Origin: Azolla caroliniana | Taxonomy: Eukaryota; Plantae; Polypodiophyta | Direction of reading: 5' to 3' | Assembly (NCBI GenBank): GCA_043228905.1 | Contig: JBHGNT010000016.1 | Location: 6,200,001-6,264,000, forward strand | DNA: 64,000 nucleotides | In this document: positions 23,594-37,647 of the stretch, in pieces | How the letters are laid out: every line of letters starts with the position of its first letter | Numbering within the stretch: position 1 is the first letter of the stretch | Translations under genes and position numbers: made by a program | The notes under the pieces: model-generated | Told to the model about the DNA's origin: nothing | What the model saw: the letters and a program-made list of their open reading frames with translations, nothing else | Databases searched by the model: none

Positions 23594-26086
23594 TTATTGT
23601 TGCCCTGCTTTTCTTTCTTTCTTTGCATTCCAATACAGAACTAGGCCAAAGCCCATCAGAGACATGAGAACAGTCTGCAAATTGCCAAAGCCCAATCCAA
23701 TGTCAGGACCCAAAACACAAACAACATTTTAATATTATCATTGAGTAGAGTATTTGAGAGAAAACTAATATTTACAGATAATGCTGATGGCAGCCCAACA
23801 AGCGGGTCTGAAAAGTACTTGTTTGCTAATGCCAGCCCAAGAAGGCTGCTCTGCATACCTGAAATAATGAGACAACACCCAAACCTTTTATATCAATTAA
23901 TGTTTTCAAAACTGTTCTTTTTTTCAGGACGGGTAAGTTCGGAAACTGATGTAAAATAATTTTGGATTTCTTATCTTAATCAATAATTAACCTATCTTTT
24001 CTTTCACCGTAGCTTGCTTCTTGTTTACCTGTTTCAAATGAGATTGTCCTTTGCAAGCCTTTCCTATCGGACTCCTTTGAGAAAATGATTCCAGAGACTT
24101 TGTGTCCAATGAGAAATGCTAAGGAGTGGAATCCTATGATTGGCAACAGAAGCTCGAGGCCAAATGGCGACCTAACAGCATGTATGTTTGTAGCGAGTGG
24201 AGAACCCATGCACAAGCCAGTGACTATAAGTGACATGATCGGGAGAAAAGGCTTGATTATCTTTGCTAGTGGAGGAGCAAATCTATATAGAAAAACAAAT
24301 TCAAATCAAACACTTCACAATATAGATGGATGATGACACAAGATGGCCATGACCTCAGATGGCAACAGGTATTCTCATACCACCAAAGCAAAAGGCTCAT
24401 AGCTATCTTATATATAAGAAATATTGAATGGTTTGGATGTCAATACATACTGTTTGAGTGCAATTCCTCCTGCCACAGGTGCAACTATGATCTGAGTTAT
24501 ATCAAACATCATTGCTCGAGCATCCACAGGAAGTCGTTGGCCCAAAAGAAGGCGTGTGAGGGCCGGTATAACAAACACAGCTGTTGCTGTGGACAAGGAA
24601 GTCATGACTATGCTCAGAGGTGCCATGGCTGGCTCGGTCAAAAAGGTTGCGTAGTTGGATAACTGTGCTCCACTCACACATGAAACTAGAATGATCCCTG
24701 ACCCTGAAAAAAAAGAAGTGGAAAGGAGACCACAAAAGTATATCATATACTATGATCCCTGACCTTGTTAAAAACATATTGAAGGAATGCTAGCACCAGA
24801 TATAATAGATTCAGTCAAGATATTACCTATAGATTCAGGCAGATGAAGTTGAGACACGGCGATAGAAGCAAATAGCACACCGAGAAGTGGTTTCAAAACA
24901 AATTGCCCCATGTAGCCTACAGCTAATACTGAAGGCCGTTTGAATGCACTGCCGAAATCCTCATAATTCAGGTTGATGCCAACTGCGAACATCAGGAATC
25001 CTAATGCAGGCGCGTAGTACCTAATTGTGATAAAGGGTCATTGATCTTGGAGCAAACAAGGATCTATTTCCTAATCAGTAAATTAATTCAAATAATCTTC
25101 AATTAATTAATCCAAAACCCTGGGCCCTGCCCAGCCATAACTATCCAGAATATATTACAGGTGGCCAAAAAAGCCACTCATTTGTTAATTGGCCCTTTGA
25201 GGCTATCCTGAATATGACCCCTAATGCTTAGTTACGTGAGTGTTCATATTACTTGGAAAATGAGCTTCTCATGAACAAAACATTTGGAGAGAAACACAGC
25301 AAAACATGAGACAATGTCTTACTTATTGGTGAACCACGAAAACGATGGTGGATAAAGAAGCGCGAGGATCGTACTCCCTAAGACAACATATGGTGTTAGT
25401 TTACCCGCGCTCTGCAGGGCAGCAAGAAGTTGATTTCCAAAGCTTGTGGAGGCATGACTAGACTTGTTATCTGTTGTTGAACCTGAAAAAAGGGGGGGCT
25501 AAACAATTTCACTGTGTTTTCCTTGAAATGGTTTCATCATTCATGATATTCATTTGCGATTCCGGAAAGCTTGAGGAGAGATGAACAGCTTCATTAGACT
25601 CAAATTTCCTACATTTTGACAGGATATACCTCGTATTTTATTTCATGAGAAAGATTGGAATCTGTTCATCCTCAGATACCTGGGATAGGTAAAGGTACTG
25701 ATGGTTCTCCTGTCACTATCTCCGCCTCGATTACCTCACCATCCTCCAAGCCATCAATGCCGGAAGCTCGAATTAATGAAACCTTCTTCCTTAAAGCGTA
25801 ACAACTCGGGGCTGCGAATGAGCACGAACAACAGATCGAAGAATTAAGACGGTGTTATAAGTTAGGGTTTTGCTTCGACCGGATTACCAACGGAAAGGAT
25901 GTATGTGGGTGTAAATAAACAAATCAAAGGATGGAGGACATTACAATAGGTGACACTGGTGGGGCAATGGTACATGTGGGGACGGCATCGGGCACCGATG
26001 AATCGATCTAGTCTGCTTTGTGTTGCTGGAGTGAGGGCAGGGGAATGAGGACCGAGGTTTGATCTGCAGTGAAGAAGTGTATTCAT
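23594..26086 (-). CDS. Plastid bile acid:sodium symporter family transporter, BASS5/BASS6-like, about 432 aa; exons 26086-25945, 25811-25680, 25482-25323, 25020-24827, 24703-24451, 24282-24029, 23858-23776, 23674-23594
   Basis: Motifs STILALLYPPSFSWFTNKYYAPALGFLMFAVGIN, GQFVLKPLLG, CVSGAQLSNYATFLTEPAMAPLSIVMTSLST and [35 protein letters not shown]. All introns are GT-AG with consistent phases (1299 nt). The N-terminus is transit-peptide-like. Confidence 0.9.
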
Positions 26087-26509
26087 GGCCGTGTGTGTGA
26101 AAGAGGGGGGGGGGGGGGGAGCTTAAATGAATCTGTGTTTGATTAGCTTTTCCCGAGTCTCTCTTCTGAGCTTTTTATATGGAGGTGTGGGCAGCAGGGC
26201 CATGGGACATGGTGGAGCTTGATGACGACGATGAAGGTCAGAGAATGAAGCAAAACCATGGTTTTCCTTCTCTTCCTGGTTTTGGGTTCTTCTTCCTTCT
26301 GGTCTTTCTCCTTCTTTCCTTCCTTCCTTCCTTCCTTTCATTCGCCCACCATTTCAACTAACTGTAGAGCCAACGAACAAGCGTTGAAAACAAAACACAC
26401 ACACACACACACAAAAACAAAGAACAAAAAGAAACAAGGAACAAAAATGCAAATATGTACCTAAAAACAGAGTAATCATCAGAAAACCAAATACTGACGA
26501 GTGGGCATC

Positions 26510-26625
26510 TTGTCGGTGCTTGCCTGTCTGGCACATGTGTCCAAGTCAATGCCATGTCCATATGACACTGGCACCTGTGTCCATGTCAGTGCCATGTCCA
26601 TTCAAGACATATGGACATTGGCACC
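26510..26625. repeat. Cluster of short direct and inverted GTGCCATGTCC / GACA.TGGCAC motifs, possibly the end of a DNA transposon
   Basis: TGCCATGTCCA occurs twice, with the inverted forms GACACTGGCAC and GACATTGGCAC interleaved. Confidence 0.4.
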
Positions 26626-28535
26626 GCCGATTCAAAGGACCACCCTTTGGCCATGTCTCCACCTTCCAACTCTCTCCTTCTGCATATCGCCGATCAATCC
26701 CCTCTACTTAAATCTGGCCTCACCTCTCGTGCACTTTCGTTCGAGCATGAGATTGACCAATTGTGTTCTCTTCCCCTCTGGGCGTGGTCGTGCCTCGTCT
26801 CTCGATATGCTCTATGAGGAAGTAAGTGCAATCGCAGTGAGCAGTTTGTTTGTCATAGGAAAAGGCTCCACAATCTTTGTATTAAAACCATCACTCCGCA
26901 TGGAGCTTGTAAATGTACCACCATTAGACATATTTCTAAGATCCCCCTCAAACTTTTGGCTCGCACCATTGAGATGCTACGCACCAACACTTTAGTTTCA
27001 CCAAGATTCACCATAACATCCAAGTGTGTCGGAAATGAGCGCAACACTATTGGTTTAAATTCAAAATAAATTCCGGTGACAATGTCCATTCTTGCTTCAT
27101 GTACTCCATTGCATAACCTCTTGTACTTTGATGATATGCGTTTGATTCATTACTTCTTCCCAATTGGCATTATGTTGATTGCTTTACGAAATGCTATAAA
27201 GCAACAATATATATTTTTTCTTATTGTTCGAGCCTTGTCAACAGTTGCCTTAGTGTGAAGATATTGTCAATAACAATGTACTTGATGGTTTATAATTGGT
27301 TTTTGCACATGTTCTTGGTTGGGAGTGTCATATAATTAATGGCAATACTCATATGGATCCCTTGGGTTATCGTTCTAATTCATGACTTAGATGCGCAATG
27401 AAAAGTTAAAGTCACGAAACTAACAAAGCCATCGAAGGGCACATTGATTCGGATACCAAATGAACTCACTCTAAAACAACTAAAAACTAAGAAGAAATAG
27501 TGAAACAAAGTCAAATGAACACAACAAGAAAGGAAAATGGGCACTTTATAGAGAAGGTATAACATCCATCAAAGAATATTCTATATAAAAAAAAGAATAA
27601 ACAATTATTGAAGGGCACATCGATTTCATTGAAATTTGTAGCAGTTCACGAAATGGTCACTTGATAGAGGAGGTATAACATTCATCAAAGAATATTTTAG
27701 AAACCAAAGAAACATTCCCCACGAATTTAAAAAAAATGTTGTATTTGTGTTGTAGAAAGATTTGAATTTCACAAATTTGTTGTATTTGTGTTGTGACGAA
27801 GATAGGTACATTGAGTGGTCTTTGAATTCAAGATATTGTTATTTGCTTTCTTATTTATGAACATAGATTCCAAAACAACGAGTTTTACACATTGAGGGTT
27901 TTGAATTGTGCATATATAGTTGTCGATCACGATCTCCCTATACTTTCAATGCAAACACCTCATAAATTTGATCACAAGATCCAAAGTTGCAATCAAAATT
28001 CTAATTGTTCACACACGCACACACACATATACATGAGAGAGAGAGAGAGAGAGAGAGAGATTGAAGATAAATGCAAAATAAGGAGAAGCTGAATACAATT
28101 AGTTTTCGTACATTTCCTCACAAACTAGACCAAATGGGCAAACATTTGTCTATTTCCCCTTGCAAATCTTAGCCATCTATATCGAGACCCATCTTGACCC
28201 CTTGTGAATACATCACATGCACAATTGCATCAATCGGGTTTCTATATATATATATATATATATATATTCGTTACGATTTCGACTTGTCATGTGGTTGCTA
28301 GAAGGGGTTGAGGTTCAGGAAATGAGAGGAATGAGGTCGATCAAAATTTGCATGTGGCGGACAAACATCCATTAGGGGAGGATTGTCCCCTGATTGGGTA
28401 GGACTGTGATCTCACAATTGCTTGCCATGTTCTTTTGTGTCCCTTGGTTAGTGCCATTGGGGTCGTTCTTATTATCGAGCGAAATTAATAGGACGAACAA
28501 AGTGTGTTGGGATTGACTATTCTTCTGTTTCTCTC

Positions 28536-28724
28536 TTTTATTTATTTTTATAATAATATTAGCTTACCCTAGTGGTAAGTTGTTATATTACTAGCCCTAG
28601 GTCTGAAACCCAATTTCCTAACCTCTCAAATACTCCTTATGTGCTTATATTCTCTAAATTTACTAGATGCCATTGTGGAATGTAGGACTTGAACCCATTA
28701 CCTTCTGGTCTCCAATGGACAATC
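28536..28724 (-). mobile_element. Putative 5'-truncated tRNA-derived SINE
   Basis: Minus-strand B box GGTTCAAGTCC (28695-28685) and an A-rich tail at about 28536-28560. The 5' side runs into a (CA)n tract. Confidence 0.5.
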
Positions 28725-28879
28725 TGTGTGTGTGTGTGTGTGTGTAATGAGAACACACGTTTATTAATAGAGTATGGTCACCCACTAACTATGTACACTA
28801 CTTCGGTAGTGGACCATGTTGAATTGCCAATAGGCGAGACAAACACCCCACTAAGGAAATAATTTTCACTTGCTCCAAT

Positions 28880-29600
28880 AAATAAATTTGCCACATTAGT
28901 ATTGCCTTCAACTTTCATGCTTTTACGCCATGCCTATCATCAAATACAAAAGCATTGTACATATCCCAATTACAACACAATTCCCAATACCTCAAAAATA
29001 TGAAAACAATCTCCATCTCAGGCTTTGCGTCAACCAGTGTAAACTGTGCAAACACCTAGTGTCTAGTCGGCAAATAAGATCATGATAAAACTTGCCAAAT
29101 TTGAGAATTGTAACTCTAAATATAACAAACAATCAAACATTGTATAAAACGATGAGTACTATCTTCCATTCGAATAGTGCAAAAGAAGCATTTGCCCCTT
29201 TGCTAGTCCACGACCCTTTAGAGCTAATCCCAAAGGCAATCAATCTCCCAATCAAAACTCTCTAAATGAAGACATTTGCTACAAGTGACAATTTAGAATG
29301 CCAACTACATTTTAAGGTGTGCCACCAGCCATGATCAAAATTTGTGTATTTTCCATTCTTCTTCAGCATTAGACGATAGCCATTCCAAGAGGCTAAAACG
29401 AAGGAATGATACAAAAGATTAGTAGTCGCTTGTAAAAAATGGTTGTTCTCCAGTTTAGAGGTAAAGGACCCCTAGACCTTTCATGAATGCAGTATTATTC
29501 TGTAGCAGTTGCCGGACAAACCCATAATTAGGCGGGATCAACCCATAATTAGGCGGGATCTCTAATAATTCTTCTAACAAACTCCAATCTCTCCAAATTT
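28880..29600 (-). mobile_element. Degenerate LINE fragment related to 8640-9600, immediately upstream of the FLIP-like gene
   Basis: Shares sequence blocks with 9000-9500 and contains a 21-bp tandem duplication ACCCATAATTAGGCGGGATC at 29520-29560. Confidence 0.5.
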
Positions 29601-29738
29601 GGTGTTAGAAAGACATTAATATTCTCATATTCTCTCCTCCCTTAGTTTTTCTTGGCCTTTGCAAGTTGCAGGTTTAGCAAAGGTTTGAAAAGGAGGAGGG
29701 TTTTTGTCTCCCCCCCAAGCTTTCCATTGCCAATAGTA

Positions 29739-29811
29739 ATGTCGATCCCTCGCAACGATCAAAGCTTCTCATCCTTCCTTCAGAATCTCGCAGAGAATCA
29801 GGAACAGGTAA

Positions 29812-29847
<36 letters not shown>

Positions 29848-32800
29848 ACACACACACACATTCAATCGTTATTTTCCCATCTCCCATGAGCTTAAACCTC
29901 TCTATCAACATCCCTCTGTGAAGAATGCTGCCGCGGAGGAGGATCACATCCGTTCTCTGCAATGGCTCGCAGAATTTCCTCCAAGCAGCTGCGCAGAATC
30001 ACTGCAGATATTAAGTGTTTTGGATGTATCCTTTGATTATTAAAGAATGACTCAAATATCCAGCCTGATGTGTGAACAAGTAGCTTGTTTCTTTTGTATT
30101 TCGTGGATGATTTGCAAGGAAACCTACATTGATCAAAGAAGCAATGATTATCATCTTTGAGGATGTAAACTAATCTATCTTTGGTTCCACACTTAGGGTT
30201 GTAAGTGTGGAAATATCAATAAGGAGATTGTTTGAAAGGTATAAATTTTAATCTGAAATTCCTATAGATTTGTGGTCTTCTTTCATTATTTCGTCCAGGT
30301 ATCTCATTCATTAAACACCAGTTGGATTTTTGAACATGCTGGTTGGCAATGCTCGTAAAAGAGAACTCAATACAAGATAAAGTATAGAATTGTACAAAAA
30401 CTTCTACAACTTTGTCATATTTTCTCATGATTTCCTATCCTTTCATGCACAGAGAAAACTTGACCAAATCCTAAAGAAATATTTCCTGCATTTGGTTTGG
30501 TTCTTTTCTTTTAGGCGTTTTTTTTTTCTCATAGGCTGGTTTTGTCCCCTAATAAATGTAACATCTCTGTCCCCCCAGTCTCCCAAAACGATGCAACGAT
30601 GGGATTGCATACATCCTACTCAGATTTTGTTAACGTAGCTGGAGGTCAAATAGGACATATGGAACCAAGAAACATTTTCATGTAGTGTGTGGAGTTAGTT
30701 GATTAATCACCCTCAATGATTAAAGAATTTTATTAGAGAATAGAGAGGTGACTAAACTGTATACATCTTCATTATAAAATGAGACAGAGAGATATCTTAC
30801 CCCAGACATGATCAGGATGATTATATTATACAAGAAGAAATGCTATATTCATAAAATCAATAATATGCCATAGGAACCCCTATGAAATTTGTCTCGTACG
30901 TCGGTTTTGGCTTCTAGTAGATGGGAATTTTTCTAGTTTACCCTATCAATGATGTTGTCAAAGGATAGGTGAAACTGTTGAGGCGAGTCTTTGATTCAAT
31001 CGTTGTAAACAACTTAACTCTTCTGGAGTCATTGTTTTAGGAAGATATCCATTTTCATATAATTTTTGTGCTTTTGTACCCTGAAATATATACTATTAGA
31101 ATCTGCATCCATTTTCCTTAATGTGACGCTTCAGAGTTATTGGGAGAAATATGAAAAACTGAATTTACTGAAGAATGATGGCCTGGTTTTCATCTGCAAA
31201 GTGGTGCAAAGGCAATTATCTTATTCACAAGAAAGCAATGAAGCTTCGTCGTTGCTTATTAGTAATGCATTGAAGGTATCGTGTTTGTATATATTTAATG
31301 TGAAGGTTACTCACAATAGGAGATATTTTATATAATGAAAATTTCAAAATTTTGAGATTTGCAACATTGCATGGGTATTTGTTGCCAGATATTTAACTGG
31401 TGTATTAAAGCTGATGGAACAAACCTTGAACTAAGCATCCCTTATGAGTTTAAAAAGGTGGGCAACTGCAAAGAACATTTAAGCCAGGTTTGAATTCAGA
31501 TAAAAGGATTAGATAACATTAATGTTAGAAAAACGGTTAATGAAGCTGAATAACCTCACATTGTGCAAGAGCTTATCACAGCAAAAGTTTCTGTAAGGTA
31601 TCCTTGGCTAGACGGTTGTTTTAAAGTCTTATTTTTATCATGTCTCCTGCATCACCTTTTTTCCTCAGTTCTAACAGTTATAGTTGCAATCCACCAACAT
31701 CTCTGAAAACAAGTGAATTTATTTATTACATTATGAGTAATACTGTGTGTTACTTTATCATAAGTCTATAACTGCTAAGTTCCATTTACACAATGTTTCT
31801 GTGGCTTCAATGTTGTTCCAGCTGCTGTATAATTTCTGAGCTCCATTTCTTCTATTTGCAGGTTGTGCTGGAGATCTTTATGATTAATTGCGACATTTGC
31901 GCTAATTTAGGGCAATGCTCATTTATGGCAAACAATGAATTCATAAATAAAGTTGAAACATACATATGCAAATTTCTGGATTTTTTAAAGCTTTGTTGCT
32001 TTCAAAGTAAGGTAATCAGAGAGATCTTGATTTCTGATAGTTTAATTTGTGTTTTCGTTTGTCAGTTAGATAATGAGAGACATCGCAGATGTTTTAAAGT
32101 CTGTTTACCAATGTTTTAGTTAGCTACATGCTTGGATCAAAGAGTAAAATACCTGTGCATGTAAGTGTGGGGCAAACTTGTAGTACTCTGCACTTGATGT
32201 TGCATTAATGGAATGATTTACTGATATATATGATTTTCTCCCATGTTCTTTCTTGTTAGCTTTGTCAGTCATCAGCTTTGTATGCTTCAGTTAGCCCTTT
32301 CTGTTGTTCAATGCAGACACAACAGGTGTATGAGGATTTTCAAAAGACTGCACAAGAGGTATTAAGCACAGTTTTGAAAATCTTGTTGAGGCTGCGTGAC
32401 TCATTTCTGTCTACCTGTGAAGAGGAAGGTTTTGAAAATCTTGACAGAAGCTCACACAAATCTATCCATAGTATTCGCTATGGACTCAATGTGTTCATAG
32501 ATCTTGGGTGCTTTGCCATGGACAGAGGCAAAGATTGGGTTGGATTGCTAAACATAGCGTGGAAAGGTGTCATCACACTTCTTCAGACCACCATAGGGAG
32601 AGAAGCCTTCTCCAACTTAATTGATGTGGAACATGTTATTGGGTCAGTTATTCGCTGCACAGTTGACTCCTTAGAAACTGCAGCGGAAGCTTGTAAATTC
32701 CTTCTAGATGGAAAAGATGATGTTTCTAAAGCAACCGAATTTAAAAGACTTTGTATTCCAATAAAATTCTTCCTCATCAATGCAGTTCGCATTGCTACCA

Positions 32801-34879
32801 GTTACCCATATCAAACAGCTGTTGTCTGCAGAGAAATAGGTGCATGTGGATGTAAAATTGCAGCTCTTAGGCATGAATTGAGTAAACATACTTTGCTAAG
32901 GTTTGCGGCAGAGGCAATTGCTGAGACTGTGGAGCCTAGTTTGTTTATTCTTCTTCATACTCTGCTAAACTCGTCAGAGTTGGGATTCTCCTACAAACGG
33001 CAAATACTGGACAGTTTAATTGGAATTGATGGCCAGAGTGTATTTGATGCACCAAATGGGAATGAATGGGAAACCAAAAAAGCAATAACAAGTATAATTT
33101 CTGATCAGGAGGTTTCATTGCAGATTGGCAAGATCACCATATTCTTGGGTCTCTTGCGATCGTGCAGAGAGTATGGAGAAGAGACCTTATTTGAGCTCAT
33201 TCGGAGGCTTGATTCCATTTTCCAGATCATTTCTGACGGTAAGGTCTATGCTGAATTGTTTCAATTACATGTTCTCGTAACACAATCTTCAACTAAAGCA
33301 ACGTGGGAGTGCCTTTATATTTCTATATTGAAGGCATTACAAATCTTTTTCATAACAATTGCGGATACAAGTATATGGGGGGAAGTCGAAACTTTCCTTT
33401 TCAGCAACATTCTGCATCCTCATGCTCTTTGCCGTGAGCTTATTTTGGATCTTTGGTGTTTCATTGCACGCCATTGTGAAATAACAGTAACAGAAGTTCA
33501 TATTCGTTATCTCCTTCAAATTCTCAGGGAATTCTTGAACTCAAGATCTATAAATTGTTCAGACTGGCCTGTCCAAATGCTTAGCAGGTTGATCTGCCTG
33601 CTTGTGAAAGCTACTTCAAATCCATTAGCAATAGCTACAATACATGAATTGACTTTTGGTGAAGATCTCTTCACTTCTCCATCAAAGTCTACTCTTGGTG
33701 CAGTTCTGATGAAGGAACATTTTCCAATCAGCAGTGTACCAGAAGAACTCATAGGGAATCTTACTTTCTCCATTACAAAAAGTCAGGTTTCTAAAGGAAC
33801 TGGATCTATGGTTGTGCCATACCTGCCTGTTGAAGTATCTTTGTGCTGTCTCATGGAGTTGTTAATTCAGGGGTAGGATGCTTATCATTTAATCTAGAAT
33901 CATGTTTGTATGCTATCTAATCCAATTATATGAGATAATATACAATGTCCTTGTGTGCAGGCACTCCAATCAATTAATCAAACAAGAATTAAGTGAGCTA
34001 ATAAAAGCAATGATTCAACTTTTACAGATGCCGAATAAAGTCAATGACAAAGACTATATTACCATTAGGGTGCTTTCTTTGAAAGTAATTTGTAGACTTT
34101 GGCAAGACATGCAGATTAATGAGATAAGAAATGTTATTGTATCACTGCATGATCTGGTGAAATATGGACTCAGTGAATCTGAGCTAATTCAAATAAAGCC
34201 TATACTTGTAGAAGCCCTTGCAGGATTAGGTGAGATTCCTTTGCCAGAAGATAAAGAAGACCCAGCTACTACTGCATTGTGGGGGCTCTATCATGTGATT
34301 TTAAGGGAGCGACACTGGGCTATTGCTCATCTGGCCCTTGCTTCTTTTGGTTATTTTGCAGCACATACATCATGGAATGAGTTGTGGCGATTTGTGCCAC
34401 CTGATGCAGCTCTTGCATATGATGCGGAAACAGGAAAAATAGCAGAGGAAGATTGCTTTATGTCTTCGCTGCGCCAATTCTTAGAGAAAGAAGTTGCTAT
34501 TTCTGCACCAACAAGTCGTAACAGCTTCAGTGTACTGCAACTGGAAGGCAAACTCCTGGAAACATCCTTACTTGCGTTTACGCAATCAGAGGTTAAGTTA
34601 GATGAACCAGAACCTCAAGAATGTACTCTTGAAGACCATATGGATCCAGATGTTTCTATGGAATGTGTAGATACTCAATTGCCATCTGAAATTGAACAAG
34701 CCATGAAGATGTTGCAAGGAGGTCTGTCATTGCTGAAAGAGAAATTATCAGGGTGGTTTAGGGAGACAGGACAGAGCCTGGAACGGCAACATCACATGGA
34801 TGATCAGCTTTCCCTATTAACAGATATTATTGCACAGGTAGATCAGGATGTTAGCCAGTACAATACAGAAGGGCATTAA
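29739..34879 (+). CDS. FLIP: FIGL1-interacting protein FLIP / MEICA1 / FIRRM (C1orf112, DUF4487) homolog, about 1011 aa; exons 29739-29807, 29924-30025, 31135-31275, 31389-31487, 31862-32011, 32317-33872, 33961-34879
   Basis: Motifs LLNIAWKGVITLLQ, KRLCIPIKFFLINAVRI, FLFSNILHPHALCRELILDLWCFIARH and LWGLYHVILRERHWAIAHLALASFGYFAAHTSWNELWRFVP. All junctions are GT-AG and in frame (3036 nt). The small 5' exons are less certain. Confidence 0.82.
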
Positions 34880-36289
34880 GTATATGGGAGCCAAATATGT
34901 CCAGATTTTCACTGGGGTATCTTTAAAATCTCTAACAAGTTCAAGTGAGATTCTTGGTGTGTATGACTGAGATGATTGCATCTGCTGAGACAGTGAAGGA
35001 ATTAAGTGCCGTTTAGTGTGGAAGAAACATCTGATGCGTGAATGACAAGACATGACTAACCTGGATTTGATATACTTTCCAAATGGAGCTGAGGAAACAA
35101 CAGTAAATTATGGTCTTCTCTACCTGGTACACCCTGTGGTAGGCAGTTTTCATCCTCAATTCAAATACACTCTCAAAATCCAGTCAGTTTGGTTTGTATG
35201 GCTGTGGTTTTTTGAACCCTGTGGTGAAGTCATGTTTTGGTTCTGCAGTATTACCTAAGACAACGATATTATGCCATTTTAGCAGATCAAAGTGGACTCA
35301 GTGTACATATGAAACACGTCTGGTTAGAGGCCAAGTATGAGATCTTATACAAATTTGATACACAGTTCATAGAGAGTTAATGGCATACATTATTTATTTA
35401 CCAAAAGCATTCTTTTATTTTCTTTCATACTTGAATGTACGTGTACATATTTGCCTTTGCCTAGAGGTGACTTGGTTTTGTTGCAGCAAATGCCAATCAA
35501 CCTTTACAAAGTAGACTGCTAGATCGATTGTTTCAACATGTCATAATTACTACCAACTGTTCAGGCGTTGAGCAATGATATAATGTAAATGAATGTGCTA
35601 TACACCAAAAGCTCCTTGACTTGGATTTGCGGTGAATATGTTGAATGCACATAAAAAATGGTGTATACAGGCAACCATGAACCACTAGTGCATGTGATCA
35701 AATTTATGAGACTTCTGTTGGTGTTTCCTTTTCCCAGCTTAACTTGAAATGGTGAATTTGACCCTCGTTGCTCTTGGGTGTTAAGGTACATGGTTTCGTT
35801 TGCAACTAATTTTCGCAATCCAAAAGTATTTGTACATGTGTGGTGAGGGAAAGGGTTATCTAAATTACCCTTACACGATTGGAAGTTGTTTGAAATATTT
35901 CTTCAAGTTGATCAATAACGTATGCCTCTATAGATTTAGTTCTCTACAACTAAGTCAATGCCCTCTATAATTGGATTAATCCACTTTATGTGTTAATGAA
36001 CAATGAAACATGAGAGAGATGTGATATGGTTCTCTTTCATACATGCCTTTTGTTTTTACAGTGAGGTGGTATGCATGTAGATGTTGAGCAATGAAACATC
36101 AGAAAGTTGTTGTGGTATGGCTCTATTTCATATATGCCTTCTTTTGTTGGTAATGAAGATATGCATGGGGCTTAAGAGATTAGTCATGTATAAGACTTGA
36201 GATCATCGAGATATCAAGTTCGAAATGCTCAAATGAATAGGAAAAAAGGCAAACACTTTGATAAGCCATATGTCGAAGTATGCATTGTA

Positions 36290-36877
36290 ACATGGCATGC
36301 CCCATGATTGGAATGCAAGTTTGATTGAACCACTAGACAATCAAAGTTGGTATCTTATAGCAAAGCTATTTGGATGTGTATGAGAATGGTAACGAGTTGG
36401 TTTTCAAAAACACCATATCACCATCAATCACCATGATCATTTGAAACATAAAGGATTCTATTATTGCTTTGTAGGATTCCAAAATGCTTTTGATATGGTG
36501 CCTTGTGAGCATCTTTAGAAATGTGTAGAAGAATCTCTCACATACATGATGCATGGGAAATGAAATTTCAATTTTTTTTTCATTTTCGCCACTGGTGTCA
36601 TGCAAGGATACCCACTCTCACAAATTTCTTTTGGTTCATGCATTGATGCTTTGGAACAATGATTGGTGATTTTGTAAAACAGAAAGGTATTTATGAAGTT
36701 ACCATTGGGAATGCAATTATCATTATGTTACACATAGATGATGTGGTGTCTTCTGGCAATATTTTAGAAGATGTTCAAAAACTTATTATTGTTTTGGAAA
36801 ACTTTTGCATGCTTAATAAGTTGAGTGTCAAAAGCCCCAAAATGAAGGTTATGCTTGTGAACACTCGAAATATTTAA
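36290..36877 (+). mobile_element. Degenerate LINE reverse transcriptase fragment
   Basis: Remnants FVGFQNAFDMVP (FVDF.KAFD.V), GVMQGYPLS (GVKQGCPLS), MLHIDDVV (YADD) and LSVKSPKMKVM, with frameshifts. Confidence 0.75.
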
Positions 36878-37164
36878 ACTCTTGAGGCCATAGAAAGATT
36901 TCAATATATTGGACTTAGGAGGTTCTCTCGAACCATATATGGAACAAATGTGCCACTCTCTCAAAGAGGGGTTACTATGCATATATGAACATATGCAAAA
37001 GAAATTGAGTATTGGGTCCTTAAGAGGTACCTCTTTTGACACTTTGGTGATATCGTCTCTGAGGTACAATTGGGACAAGTTGACCTCGATGATTAGGAAT
37101 TCGCTCACATTGGCTACACGGGCCCGACTGACTTCTTCTTCCGATAACCTTTCCAATCTTCCAA

Positions 37165-37195
<31 letters not shown>

Positions 37196-37647
37196 CTTGA
37201 CTCATGCTTGAATCGAATCTTCTGTCAATGTTGCTCTCATCCTCCCATCTACGAAAGACACTATTACGTCTCGGATGCATGAGCCATTCTCAAGTGTGCA
37301 TTGGTAGTGGGCGTTTCGTTTCGTCCCAAGATGTGAGTGCGGGAGGATATGGAGCTTGTTAGCCATGTCCCTGTCTGTTGAACTCATCACGCTCATTGAT
37401 GATGTATATGTATGTATATATGTACATATACATACATTCATAATGTAAATACATATATGTGTGTGTGTGTGGATATATGTATGTATATATACATACATAT
37501 ATATGTACGTATATACATAGTATATATATATGTATCATGTATGTATATATGTATGTATACAGTATGTGTGTACATGTATATGCATTATACCTGTGTCTCC
37601 CGCTGATTTCTCCCTGTTCTGCTGTTGCAAACTGCTGCAGGTCCACC

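Noticed and set aside
28796-28811. CACTAC-TTCG-GTAGTG hairpin with a C(UUCG)G tetraloop
   Set aside because: A 6-bp stem is expected by chance, and there is no Helitron-type CTAG end or other RNA structure nearby.
37459-37647. N-terminal 63 codons of the 682-aa ORF
   Set aside because: These translate a TA/TG microsatellite tract ending in an acceptor CTGCAG at 37640. The likely start is ATG 37648.
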